A stretch of DNA of 64,000 nt from the human T2T-CHM13v2.0 reference genome, Homo sapiens: NCBI RefSeq assembly GCF_009914755.1, contig NC_060928.1; one strand, given 5' to 3'. Position 1 is the first letter of the stretch. Every line of letters starts with the position of its first letter. The position numbers and the translations under genes were made by a program. Below the pieces are notes generated by a model that saw only the letters and a program-made list of their open reading frames with translations, was not told the DNA's origin and did not search any database. This document shows, one piece after another, positions 1 to 10,924 of the stretch.

Positions 1-313
1 CTTACAGCAACAGGGCAGCTCCTAAGGCCTGCAATGAGAAATGACCTTGCTGACCACTGGGCATATTTTGGTGTGTGGTGCACATTGTGACAAGGGCCCT
101 TGATGATTCAATGAGTCAGCAGGAGAAAATGCGAGAACTTGGGTATTTATAGTGATCTTTTAGGTAGAAAGTACCAAATAAATGAAGTCTTAACAGCTGA
201 TACCAGGACCAGCGCTGGGTGAAATGTGTCTGGTGGCAGTGAGTTACAGAAGGATGTGTGGGAGTATCATCAGGCGCAGGCCATTCTCCGTGGCTCCGTG
301 TCGTCTTTTCCTT

Positions 314-608
314 GTTTATCTTTTTATAGAAACAAGATCTTACTCTGTTGCTGAGATTGGAGCATAGTGGCACAATCATAGCTCACTGCAGCCTCCATCT
401 CCCAGACTCAAGCAGTGCTCCTGCGCAGACTCCCAAGTAGCTGAGACTACAGGTGCACCCCACCATACCCGGATAATTTTTTAATTTTTCATAGAGACGG
501 GATCTTGTTATGTTGCCCAGGCTGTTCTCAAACTTCTGGGCTCAAGTGATCCTCCCACCTTGGCCTCCTAAAGTGCTGGGATTACAGGCATGAGCCATCA
601 CCCAGTCC
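314..608 (-). mobile_element. AluJ-type SINE, full length, diverged
   Basis: Antisense Alu motifs (gctcactgcagcctcc, ctcaagtgatcctcccaccttggcctcc, gctgggattacaggcatgagcca); flanking direct repeat cgtcttttcctt at 302-313 and 609-620 (TSD). Confidence 0.9.
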
Positions 609-2229
609 CGTCTTTTCCTTTTAGTATATTTCTTCCTACTGCAGTTTACCTGTGCTCATTAAGTGGATTTACAGCTCATCTGATCTTCACGATTTTGTAA
701 CGAGTTTGGGAGTAACCTTGAAAAGTTTTTCTACTTCACAAAAAATCCACTGATTAATTGTGACAAAATACTTTAAGGAGGTGTTCAACATAAAGATAAG
801 GTATGCATTTTACTTTATAAATGTCCAGAGTTATATTTTTGCTGACCTTTTTTGAATACAGCGATGTTAGTACTAGTCACTATAATCCAAGGAACCCACC
901 AATATTGTCATTTGGGGGTTAGTTAAATATGAGCTGCATGAAGCAGTTCACAAAGACATTGTGGTGAGTCTTGGGTGGTCCAGTAGAGAACTTGCTCTGC
1001 CTGTTGAAGCTTGGCAGTGGAAGCAAGCGTTACCCACTGCGGTTTCCCTGGGGCAAGCCTGAGATGCACAGGGAAAATCTAAAGACTCACTTCATGAACT
1101 GTTAACATTGTCAGTCATGTCAATCAGGCAACTAAATTCCTACTCTTTTCCTCAACCTGTAGAGGTTTGGTGACTCAAATCAACTATTGTTTCATTCCGA
1201 AGCTTCTTGGTTTTCATGGGAGAAAGCCCGTTATTTGTCTATTTGGGTTTCAGAGAAACATTAGGTCTTTCTAGAGGAAGCCTGTTCTCTGTGAGAGCAT
1301 GCCTGGGTGCTTCTGGCTTTGTAGATGACTGTATTTTGGTGCTAGCTTTGCTTACTTGAAGTCTTGTGGGTATAACCTTAGGTTCTTCAGATGAGCAGAT
1401 GTAGCTGTTGTACATGCTAATTGTCAAAGACAGGGTTTCAGTATGAGATAGCTTTAAAAAGGGGACTGCAAATCGGGGCTGAGGAGCTGGACACTGAGGT
1501 CATGGTGAGCTAGTTTCTTTTAGTGAAATGAGCAACTTTATTCTGAACTCTTTGGATTTTGCTGAAAATATTTTAGCCATTTTGAGGAGAGGCTTGAGAG
1601 CTTGATAAAAGAGCCTCATAGATATTTTCCCAAAGAAGATGGCAGTAATACACTTCAGATGCATTAGTAAATACACAGCATATGCAGAATAAAAACAGAT
1701 CCTGAGGTTCATTTCAAGTAATACGGTTTATTGAACAGAAGTCAGCTGGCTCATTGTCAGTGTCCAGCCTTATCAGAAAAGATCTTTAAATATTTTTCAT
1801 GATTTCCAACTGCATTCACATTGGGGCTTCTCCACGCTGGTTAACATAAAAAGTGAAACATACAATCATATTATTATGCAGTCTGATTTTTGCCTTAAAC
1901 TATTTAATATTGAAACAAATTGCTGATTATCACGTTCCTTTTTTTAATTGAAAAGCTTATTTTGAAGTAAGCATTTTAACAAATATATTAGGCATAGGAT
2001 TACATATATTTTATCATCTATCTTATTTTAATTTTTAATATTTAAATTTGTAGCATAGTCTTATTTCATTGGATTTTTTAATGTCACATTTTCTGTATCT
2101 TTGGCAGGTGACACCGATTTTCTGCTTCCGCCCTCCCTCTCCTTCTCCAGTGCCTTGACTCGGGCCTTCAGGAGATAGGAAGGCTGTAGAAACACAGTAT
2201 GGCGGTGGACTGTGTGTAGCGATGTGTGT

Positions 2230-2800
2230 GTGGGCTGAAGCAGGGAGAGCAGTGAGAGGAGGTGATTGAGAATGACTCCCAGGTTCTTGCCCTGGGAGAC
2301 TGGACAGTGGGACTCCCATTTGCCATGACTGGAAATGTACGCTAAGACCCCAGAGGTTGGGAGACTGGGCATAAAGAGGATACATTTTGTGGAATGAGCA
2401 GCTTGAGTTTGATTGTCCATGGAGCATTCAGAAAAGATATTCAGTTGACAGTAGGAAGTAAGAATTTGGAGATCCAGGAGAGAGGCCTGGGTTGGTGAGA
2501 GTTATTTGGAAATCATTCACTTGCAAGCGCTGAAATAAAGCAGTGAATGTTGTGGAAGGAACTGAGCTGATGAAATTCTGAATGCCAAGAAGGGCGATTG
2601 GGTGGAATCCAGAGAACACCCAGTACTGAATGGGCAGAGGTACCATGGATAAGGAGGAGAGCCTGTAGAGAGTGACAATGAAAATGACAGGGAGGGAAGA
2701 GTTTTAAGGGGAGAGAGTGGGCAACAGTGGCAAGCATGAAACCAAATAAGGATGAAACCAAATTCAACGTCCTGAGTGGATTTGGCAGTGGCGAGATCGT
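2230..2800 (-). mobile_element. L2 LINE fragment (ORF2 region, ancient)
   Basis: L2-like antisense text (gaatgactcccaggttcttg, ggagagaggcctgggttgg, gagttatttggaaatcattc); minus-strand translation NDFQITLTNPGLSP resembles a decayed L2 RT segment. Confidence 0.65.
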
Positions 2801-2832
2801 TAGCTACATTAGCAAGAAGAAAAATGTGTTTA

Positions 2833-4484
2833 TGGGTACACCTTGTTTCACTGCTCTTTGCTTTGTTCCACTTCGCAGATATTGCATTTTTTACAAACCG
2901 AAGTTTTCTGTCAACGCTGTGGTGAGTAAGTCTATGGGCGCCATTTTTCCAACAGCATGTCCTCACGTTACGTCTCTGTGTCACATTGTGGCAGTTCTCT
3001 CAATATTTCAAACTTGTTCATTTTTGTTATATGTGTTATGGTCATCTGTAATCATTGATCTTTGATGTTATTATTGTAATTGTTTTGGGGCTCCACGAAG
3101 TGTGCCCATATAAGATGGCAAACTTGATCCGTAAGTGTTGTGTGCGATCTGACTGTTCCAATGACTGGCCATTCCCCTCTCTCTCTCCCTCTGCTCTGGC
3201 TCAACAGTATTGAAACTAGGCCAATTAATAACCCTGCAATGGCCTCTGCATGTTCAAGTGAAAGAAGAGTCACATGTCTCTTACTTGAAATCAAAAGCTG
3301 GAAATGATTAGGCTTTGCGAGGAAGGCATGTCCAAAGCTGAGATGGGCTAAAAGATAGGTCTCTTGTGCCAAAGTCAGCCAAGTTATGAATGCCACGAAA
3401 AGTTGTTGAAGGAAATTAGAAGTGCTACCCCAATGAACACACGAATGATAAGAAAGCAAAACAGACTTAATGCTGGTATGGAGAAAATTTGAGTGGTCTG
3501 GACAGAAGACCAAGCCAGTTACAACATTTCCTGGATTAGCCAAAGCCTAATCCAGAGCAAGGCCCTAACTAGCTTCAATTCTCTGAAGGCTGAGAAAAAT
3601 GAAGAAGCTGCGAAGGAAAGTTTGAAGCTAGCAGAGGTTGGTTCATGAGGCTTAGGAAAAGGAGCTGTCTCCATAACATAAAAGTGCAAGGTGAAGAAGG
3701 AAGTGCTGATGGAGAAACTGCAGTAAGTTATCTCAAAGATCTAGCTCAGATCATTGATGAAGGTGACTATACTAAACAATGTATTTTCAATGTAGACAGA
3801 ACAGTCTTATTTTGGAAAGAGATGCCATCTAGGACTTTCATAGGTAGAGAGGAGATGTCAATGTCTGCCTTCAATGGTACCACCTTCAAAGGACAGGCTA
3901 ACTCTCTTACTAGGGGCTAATGGAGCTGGTGACTTTAAGTTGAAGCCGATGCTCATTTACTATACCAAAAAACTTAAGACCTTTAAGAATAATGCTAAAT
4001 CTACTCTGCTTATGCTCTATAAATGGAACAACAAAGCCTGGATGACATCACATCTGGTTACAACATGGTTTACTGAATATTTTAAGCCCACTGTTGAGAC
4101 CTGCTGCTCAGAAAAAAAGATTTCTTTCAAAGTATTATTGCTTATTGACAATATACTTCAGTGACAGTGATCACTGAAGAGCTCTGATGGGGATGTACAG
4201 GGAGATTAATGCTGTTTTCATGCCTGATAACACAACGTCCTTTTGCAGTAGCCCATGGATTAAGGAGTAATTTTGATTTTCAAGTCTCATTATTTAAGAA
4301 ATACGTTTCATGAGGCTGTAGCTGCCATAGATCATGATTCCTCTGATGGATCTGAGCAGAATAAATTGGAAACTTTCTGGAAAGGATTCACCATTCTAGA
4401 TGCCATTAGGAAAATTTGTGATCCATGGGAGGAGGTCAGAATATCAACATTAACAGGAGTTTGGAAGAAGTTTATTCCAACCCA
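2833..4484 (+). mobile_element. Tigger1 (TcMar-Tigger) DNA transposon, 3'-truncated, with a disabled transposase
   Basis: Starts after TA with a Tigger1-like 5' end (cttcgcagatattgcattttttacaaa). Transposase start MASACSSE at 3239 and frameshifted DDE-domain pieces ([76 protein letters not shown]). Confidence 0.93.
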
Positions 4485-4829
4485 CAGGAAAGATTGTGTT
4501 CAGATGCTTAGGTCTTTAATGAATGTTCCGTATACTAGAGATACAAGTTCAAAAATTCAAACTGCAAGTTTTCCTTTACTAGAGATGCAAATTGAAAAAT
4601 CAAAATTTCCTTAAGGTTTTACATTCAATTTATTCTATTTGTAAATTTTGTATTTTTAAGTAAAAAATAAAAACCATAACTCTTGGGGTCTTTGAAAATC
4701 ATTTGATCAACTTGAATGGAAGACTAAATCCCTTTTACTTAACAATTAGCCCTACTTAGAAACATCTTTAAATACATTCCCTTAAACATTTAAAGTGCAT
4801 CTATAAATTTCATTTATTTAATTTTTAAA

Positions 4830-5960
4830 ATTTATTACTATTTTTATTGAGGTAAAATACACATAACGTAAAATTTACCATCTTAATCATTTTTAAGTGT
4901 ATATAGTCCAGTTAAGTTAAATACATATATAACATTATGCATCCATTACGACCATCTATCTCCGTAATTCTTTTCCTTTTGTAAAATGGAAACTCTCTAC
5001 CAATTAAACAACAACTCAAACAACAACCCCTCCTTTCACCTTTCCTCCAGCCCCTGGCCACCACCATTCTCCTTTGTGTCATTATGATTTTGACTATTCT
5101 AAGTACTTTGTATAAGTGGAATTATGCATTATTTTTCTTTCTGTGACTGACTTCTTTCACTTAGCATTCTGTTTTCAAGGTTCATCCCTGTTGTAGCATT
5201 GGACAAGATTTCCTCTCTTTAGAATGCTGAATAGATTCCATTATATGTATATATTGCATTTTGCTTATCCACTCATCCCTCAATGGGTACTTGGGTTGCG
5301 CCCATGTTTTAACTATTGTGAATAATGTTGCTATGAACATGGGGGTGGTCCAGATATCTCTTCGAGTCCCTGCTTTCACTTCTTTTCGGGTATATCTAGA
5401 AGTGGAATTGCTGGATCATATGGTAACTCTATTTTTAAGTTTTTGAGGAGTTGCCATACTGTTTTCCACAGTAGCTGTACCATTTTGCTTGCCTACCAAC
5501 AGTGCACAAAGGTTCCAGTTTCTCCACATAATTGCCAATGTTTGTTATTTTCTGGTTTTTGGGTATTTTTTTTTTTTTTTTGATAGTAGCTGTCCTAATG
5601 GGTGTGAGTTGGTATCTCATTGTAGTTTTGATTTGCATTTCTCTAATGATTACTGATACTGAGTATCTTTTCATGTGCTTACTGGCCATTTGGATATGTT
5701 CTTCGCAGAAATCTCTATTCAAGTCCTTTGTCCATTTTTGAATCTAGTTGTTTGTTTTTTTGTTGTTGAGATTTAGGAGTTCTCTGCATACTCTGGATAT
5801 CAATCCCTTATCAGATATATGCTTTATAAATATTTTCTCCCATTCTGTGGATTGTCTTTTCTCTGTTGACAGTGTCTTCTGATGCACACATTTTAAAAAT
5901 TTCATGAAGTCAGTTTTTCTGTTTTTTCTTTTGTGGCTTGTGTCTTTGATGTCATATACT
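4830..5960 (-). mobile_element. L1M-type LINE-1 3' portion (ORF2 end + 3'UTR)
   Basis: Minus-strand ORF2 remnants [48 protein letters not shown]; typical antisense 3'UTR (ccagcccctggccaccaccattc, tataagtggaattatg). Confidence 0.92.
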
Positions 5961-6039
5961 TGGTACACTTGATTTTTAAAAAGTAGTTAATATATCTGAC
6001 GAGGAAGGCTTCAACCCAAATTTTCCCCAGTACTCTATT

Positions 6040-6175
6040 GGGCCTTTAGTAGTCATCAAATATGTGCCAACCATTGCTAGCCATTGGGGATATAGCTCTG
6101 AACAAAACAGAACAATGAGCAACAATGAATAAGACAGAAAATATCCCTCATCCTTATGGAGTTTACATTCTTCTA
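6040..6175 (-). mobile_element. L2 3'-end fragment
   Basis: tatgtgccaaccattgctagccattggggatatagctctgaacaaaacag...ccctcatccttatggagtttacattct resembles the antisense L2 terminus. Confidence 0.55.
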
Positions 6176-7079
6176 ACTCTAAATTCATTCAACTGTAGCA
6201 AAGCTGATAAACTAAAGTTTTAAATGAAGAGGATTTCAAGTCAAAATTTGTATACCTTTCAATTTAAGATTACAAGTCTAAAATCAATTATACATTTGAA
6301 TTAGAGTCACAAAGCAAATCTGTGTAATTAGTGTCTCTAATCTGTCTGATATGAAAATACCAAATATACACATTTTAAAAGCCCGATTAAATAATACTAA
6401 TGCTATAAAATCGATTTGCTTTATCATTCATTTAATTCTAACTTTTCTAATATTGAATACTGGCTTACAAAACCGAGCTTGCTTGATGGACAACTCATGA
6501 CCCAGGTACATGATTGTCTGAGGTAGGTTTAGAGATCTGAAACTGGGCCCAGGGACATAGGGGTTGTATATGACCAGAGTGACTCTTTCCATCATAACAC
6601 AGATGGACAGACTGAGTCTGATTTTAATAGTGGCTATAGTAACAGGGAACTCCATTTTTCTTCAGATTGGACTGGTTTCACAATACGCTGTTTGCTAGAT
6701 TTAAGCCTTCCCTTCATAGCACTATTCAGCATTGTCCCCAGTTTGGATGGATAAATTACTTCACCACCCATACCTACTTTGCCATCTGATCCGATTCAGC
6801 TAACTCAGCCTATGTACCACCTGATTATTCTACATCAGGCTAGTTGGCCACGAACACTGGATCATGTCACCCCTCTGCAAGGTCTGCATTTGGAGGTGGC
6901 TGAGTGGAGCTATAGCTCTTCTCCCCAAATGTCCATCAACTCACCTCCCGTCTTTCATATGAACAATTAATATTTTCTCAGTTTAATCAAGTGCGATTCA
7001 AACTTACTTCCAGAAAATTCTTAGTCAATCTCTCCCTTCGAACAGATTCCCTCTTCTTCTGTAAAGAAATTCTAAAAAT

Positions 7080-7570
7080 ATCATTGCTTCTTTGATCCAA
7101 ACTCTTCAACGGCTCACACTGCACTTGGAATAGAATATAAAACCTTTACCATGGCCTGCAAGTTCCGGCATGATCTGGCTCTGCATCCTTCCATGACCTC
7201 ATCACAAACCTCCCTCTTACTGTGCTCCAATTTCAGCCACAGTGGCCTTTTTCCACTTCCTCCAACAGAAAGTCAAGATCCCTTCTACCCCAGGGCCTTT
7301 GCACAGACTGTTCCCCCTTTCTGTAACACCATCTCCCCCACTCTTTGCTTGAGTGGCTCCTCATGCTGTAGGTCTCAGCTCAACTGTCATTTCTTAGAGA
7401 GATTATTGTTCTTCATAGAACTTAGCACAATTTCTGCATTTATTTGCCTACTGTTTCTCTTCCATACTAGACGGTTTGCTGCAGGGTCATGTGTGGTGTT
7501 CTGTTTGCCCAGCACCCATCCCAGGGCTTGCGTATTCTAGACAGTCAGCCATTGTTTGCTGAATGAATGA
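7080..7570 (+). mobile_element. L2 3' portion
   Basis: aacctttaccatggcctgcaag, cagggcctttgcacagactgttccc, aggtctcagctcaactgtca, ending in the gaatgaatga tail. Confidence 0.75.
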
Positions 7571-7745
7571 CTATCACAGTTGCCACAGCAGTCACCATTA
7601 GCTTTAAGTCATAGCTATTATAATCATTCATATAACCACCTTTGGCTCTTGGGAGGTACTGAGTAATTGTTGAATTGAGATATCTAAATGTCAGTTCTTC
7701 TACATTCATTAATACAACTTGTTATTACCTTATGGTCCTTTACAC

Positions 7746-8322
7746 CAGCGGCCCCCAACCTTTTTCACACTGGGGACCAGTTTCGTGGAAGACAGTTGTT
7801 CCTTGGACTGGGGTGGGGGTAGGGTTGGAGAGCAGAAGGTTTTGGGATGATTTGAGTGCATTACATTTACTGTGCACTTTATTTCTTTTATTATTACATT
7901 GTAATAAATAATGAAATAAATATACACTCACCATAATGTGGAATCAGTGGGAGCCCTGAGCTTGTTTTCCTGCAACTAGAGAGTTCCATCTGGAGGTGAT
8001 GGGAGACAGTGATAGATCATCAGGCATTAGATTCTCATAAGGAGCACGCAACCCAGATCCCTCCAAGCATGGTTCACAATAGGGTTCGTGCTCCTGTGAG
8101 AATCTAATGCAGCCACTGATCTGACAGGAGGCTGAACTCAGGAGGTAATGCCAGTAAGCAATGGAGAGCTGTTGTAAATACAGATGAAGCTTCACCACCC
8201 ACCTCCTGCTGTGCTGCCTGGTTGCTAATGGGCCGAGGACTAGAAGCTGCACGGGGTCCGTAAATATCTGTGGGGTAGGTAAATATCCAAGCAGTCCATG
8301 GCCTGGGAATTGGGGATCCCTG
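7746..8322. mobile_element. MER1A (hAT-Charlie) non-autonomous DNA transposon, complete
   Basis: Termini cagcggccccc...ggggatccctg; 8-bp TSD ctttacac (7738-7745) / ctttatac (8323-8330); internal gcattagattctcataaggagc and gaatctaatgcagccactgatctgacagg motifs. Confidence 0.88.
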
Positions 8323-8338
8323 CTTTATACAGCTAGCT

Positions 8339-8498
8339 TTCTATAACTTCTAAAGCTGTAATCTTTCTGTTCTTAGCAGTTCTCTTACAGGAAAGAAGAC
8401 ATTGAACTAAAAGTGCCTTCTATAACTTCTAAAGCTGTAATCTTTCTGTTCTTAGCAGTTCTCTTACAGGAAAGAAGACATTGAACTAGAAGTGCCTT
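8339..8498. repeat. 79-bp tandem duplication (2 copies, 1 mismatch)
   Basis: ttctataacttctaaagctg...gaactaAaagtgcc followed by ttctataacttctaaagctg...gaactaGaagtgcc; period 79. Confidence 0.97.
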
Positions 8499-9201
8499 TC
8501 CCAATTAAAAATAAAAACCACAGAACATTAGTGAATTGGTTGACAGTAATACATTTTGATTATGTAAATATAAATTCCATAGGCTACTTAGTGATTATTT
8601 ATTTATTTACCCTGGGTATCCCAAGAGGTAGTACAGTGGCCACAGGTTATAGAGGGCGGTCTTGAGATCTGAATGAGGAGAGCTCTAATTCTAGATTTTA
8701 TAATGCCTGTGGCTTAACGCCATCCTGCTCTGCCTGGTTCTTCAAGATAGTTGCTACCCCCCTCAAATAATTCAAGCCTTGGAATAGCACAGATTGTGTT
8801 AGAACTTCCTGAATCCTAACCAGCTAGAATCCACTGGCTTATTTTTGCGATATCAGCCTGTTAGAAGCATATCCCTATAAAGATTTAATATCCCTGTCTC
8901 TGCATCTTGGCACCTGTGAATATGAAACAACAGCATAAATATGATTTTGAACGTTGCATTGTCACAGATGAAAAAATGCACCAACATGTCAAATGCAGCG
9001 CTGAAAAAGGAAATCGGGCTTATTTTTGTCGTTGTTTACTGTACCAAAGCATTTTTGAAAACCCAAATCGAGGAGATAACCGTTTTTGAATGAACGGCAG
9101 TGCAAAGCGTGGTCGGGGTTAGCAGCAACGTGGCTGGGCGCCTTTAACTCGGCGTGACCTCCGGGTCCCAGGCCCGCGTCCCGGGCCCAGCGCCCTGGCC
9201 C

Positions 9202-9310
9202 GGGCGGCGCATTGGCCCCTCCTCCCCTCGCGCGCCGCGCGCATTGTTGTCCTTTAGCGATTGGTTGTTGGACCAGAAACAGCTGTGCAGAGCCGTGCCA
9301 TCTAAAGAGC
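9202..9310 (+). promoter_or_regulatory. Candidate core promoter: GC box, two inverted CCAAT boxes (ATTGG 9211-9215, 9260-9264), SOX-type CATTGT (9242-9247)
   Basis: Motifs read directly; their position at the 5' edge of the CpG island suggests a TSS around 9300-9330 (inference). Confidence 0.5.
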
Positions 9311-9319
9311 TGTGGACCT

Positions 9320-10758
9320 GAATGCAGCGTAGCGGGCTGGCGGTGACTTACACCGGGACTCCAGAGGGAGAGAGGAAGCGCTGCAGGCCACTTGCATTGC
9401 GTCTTCCAGGCTGCGTGGACCCGGCGCCCCGGCGTGTGCGGTTGTGGGGGAGCTCGCCGTGGCCTCCCCTCCCTCTGGCTTTAGCTTCCTTTGGGGTTGG
9501 CGCAGGTGGGCCAGGCAGCGCACCGCAGATCTCCCCGTTCCCACGAAGGCTGGCTCGCTGTCTCTCTCCGAGCGGGAGGGACCATCCTAAAAATATGTAA
9601 ATATCCAAGCGCTGGCTCCAGGCTGGGGCAGCTGCCAAGGTCCCCGCGCCGCCGCCGGGTGTTTTACATGAAAATGAGAAGCCTGATGGGAACCGCGTTC
9701 TAACTTAAGGCAGCCTGGTGATTAGCATGAGACTGGGCGGCTGTCCTGCTTCCTGCCCTTCAATAGCCGTTCCGCGCGCTCGCGCCGGAGCAGCGCTGCC
9801 GCCGCGCGGGGGTCGATCGCAGGCTCGGCGTCCTTGGCAGCCATGGCTCCGGCGCCGCCTCGGCCAGTAAGTAGGAGCATGCATGTGTAGGGGGCACATG
9901 CGTGTCGGCGCACCCACCCAGCCATCCACCCGCGCGCACGCACAGCGCCCGGAGCCTCGGCAAGGGGAAGATTGACGAGGCGCTGCAGTCGCGGGGACGA
10001 CGCGGGCTCTTCCTGGATTCCGCAGGAGCCCGCCCGCCGCAGCTGCTGTCTGCAGAGCCTGCTCGGATCCTGTGCACACGCGCCCCCCGCTCGAGCCTCT
10101 GTGATGAAGACTGTCTCCCGGGGACTGCAGCGGAGGCAGAGCCAGCCAGCGCCGGGGACTGCGGGCCGTGCGGCTGATAGGCCCGCGGGGACACGACTCG
10201 GACACTGTCATCCCCACGCCTCGCGCTGAGCTGCCCGGCGCGGAGGGTCTGCCGCCGCCCCTCCGGCCTCCCGCACGCCCGATCCCGGGTCAGCCCCGGA
10301 GGCCTCGGCTGCCTCATTTGTTTGGGTCTTTTGTGCCGTGGCTCCCAGTTGGCCAAGCACTCCTGCGCTGAATCGGGCCATTGTCTGCGCTCCCATTGCC
10401 TTCACGCTGCAAGTCTCGGCGCCCCCACCCCGCCCGCCCCCTCCCCGCCTCCTCCCGGCCGGGGAGCCTCCTAACGTGCCTTTCCCCCCAGGAATCTGGA
10501 AGCTATAAGCCGGGCGGATTGCAAATGAAGTGTAATGCATTGTGGGACGTGTGTAAAATCGGAGCCTTCGCCGTGGGGGTGTGGGGGGGCGTGGGGAGGG
10601 CCGGACCCGCCGCTGGCGGTGTAGACGCCGACGAGGAGGGGCTGGGAAAATGTGCGCAGAGTCCGCCCGGGTCGTGCCCGCCGTAGACGGATGAAGGAGC
10701 GCGCTGCGCCCCGGCGCTGAGGCCCCGAGGATCGGGGCGGCAGGTCGCCCTCCCCACC
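9320..10758 (+). other. STOX2: Probable long 5' untranslated leader of STOX2 exon 1 with many uAUGs
   Basis: Lies between the candidate core promoter and the ATG at 10759; the 5' boundary is inferred, not seen. Confidence 0.55.
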
Positions 10759-10924
10759 ATGAAGAAGACCCGGAGCACAACCTTGCGGCGAGCCTGGCCT
10801 AGCTCGGATTTCTCGGACCGGGCCTCGGACCGCATGAGGTCCCGCAGCGAGAAGGACTACCGCCTGCACAAGCGTTTCCCCGCGGCCTTCGCGCCCCAGG
10901 CTTCGCGGGGCTACATGACATCAG
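10759..10924 (+). CDS. STOX2: Storkhead box protein 2, first coding exon (55 codons + 1 nt)
   Basis: cccACCATG Kozak; translation MKKTRSTTLRRAWPSSDFSDRASDRMRSRSEKDYRLHKRFPAAFAPQASRGYMTS(G) is recognised as the STOX2 N-terminus; donor CAG|GTTGGT at 10924/10925 lies exactly where the similarity ends. Confidence 0.95.

Noticed and set aside
3239-4614. Transposase ORFs as a domesticated TIGD-like gene
   Set aside because: Multiple frameshifts and stops plus 3' truncation; a fossil Tigger1.
9302-10869. Many long overlapping minus-strand ORFs (up to 198 aa) in the CpG island
   Set aside because: Expected from stop-codon scarcity in GC-rich DNA; low-complexity Arg/Pro/Gly/Ala content with no recognisable domain.
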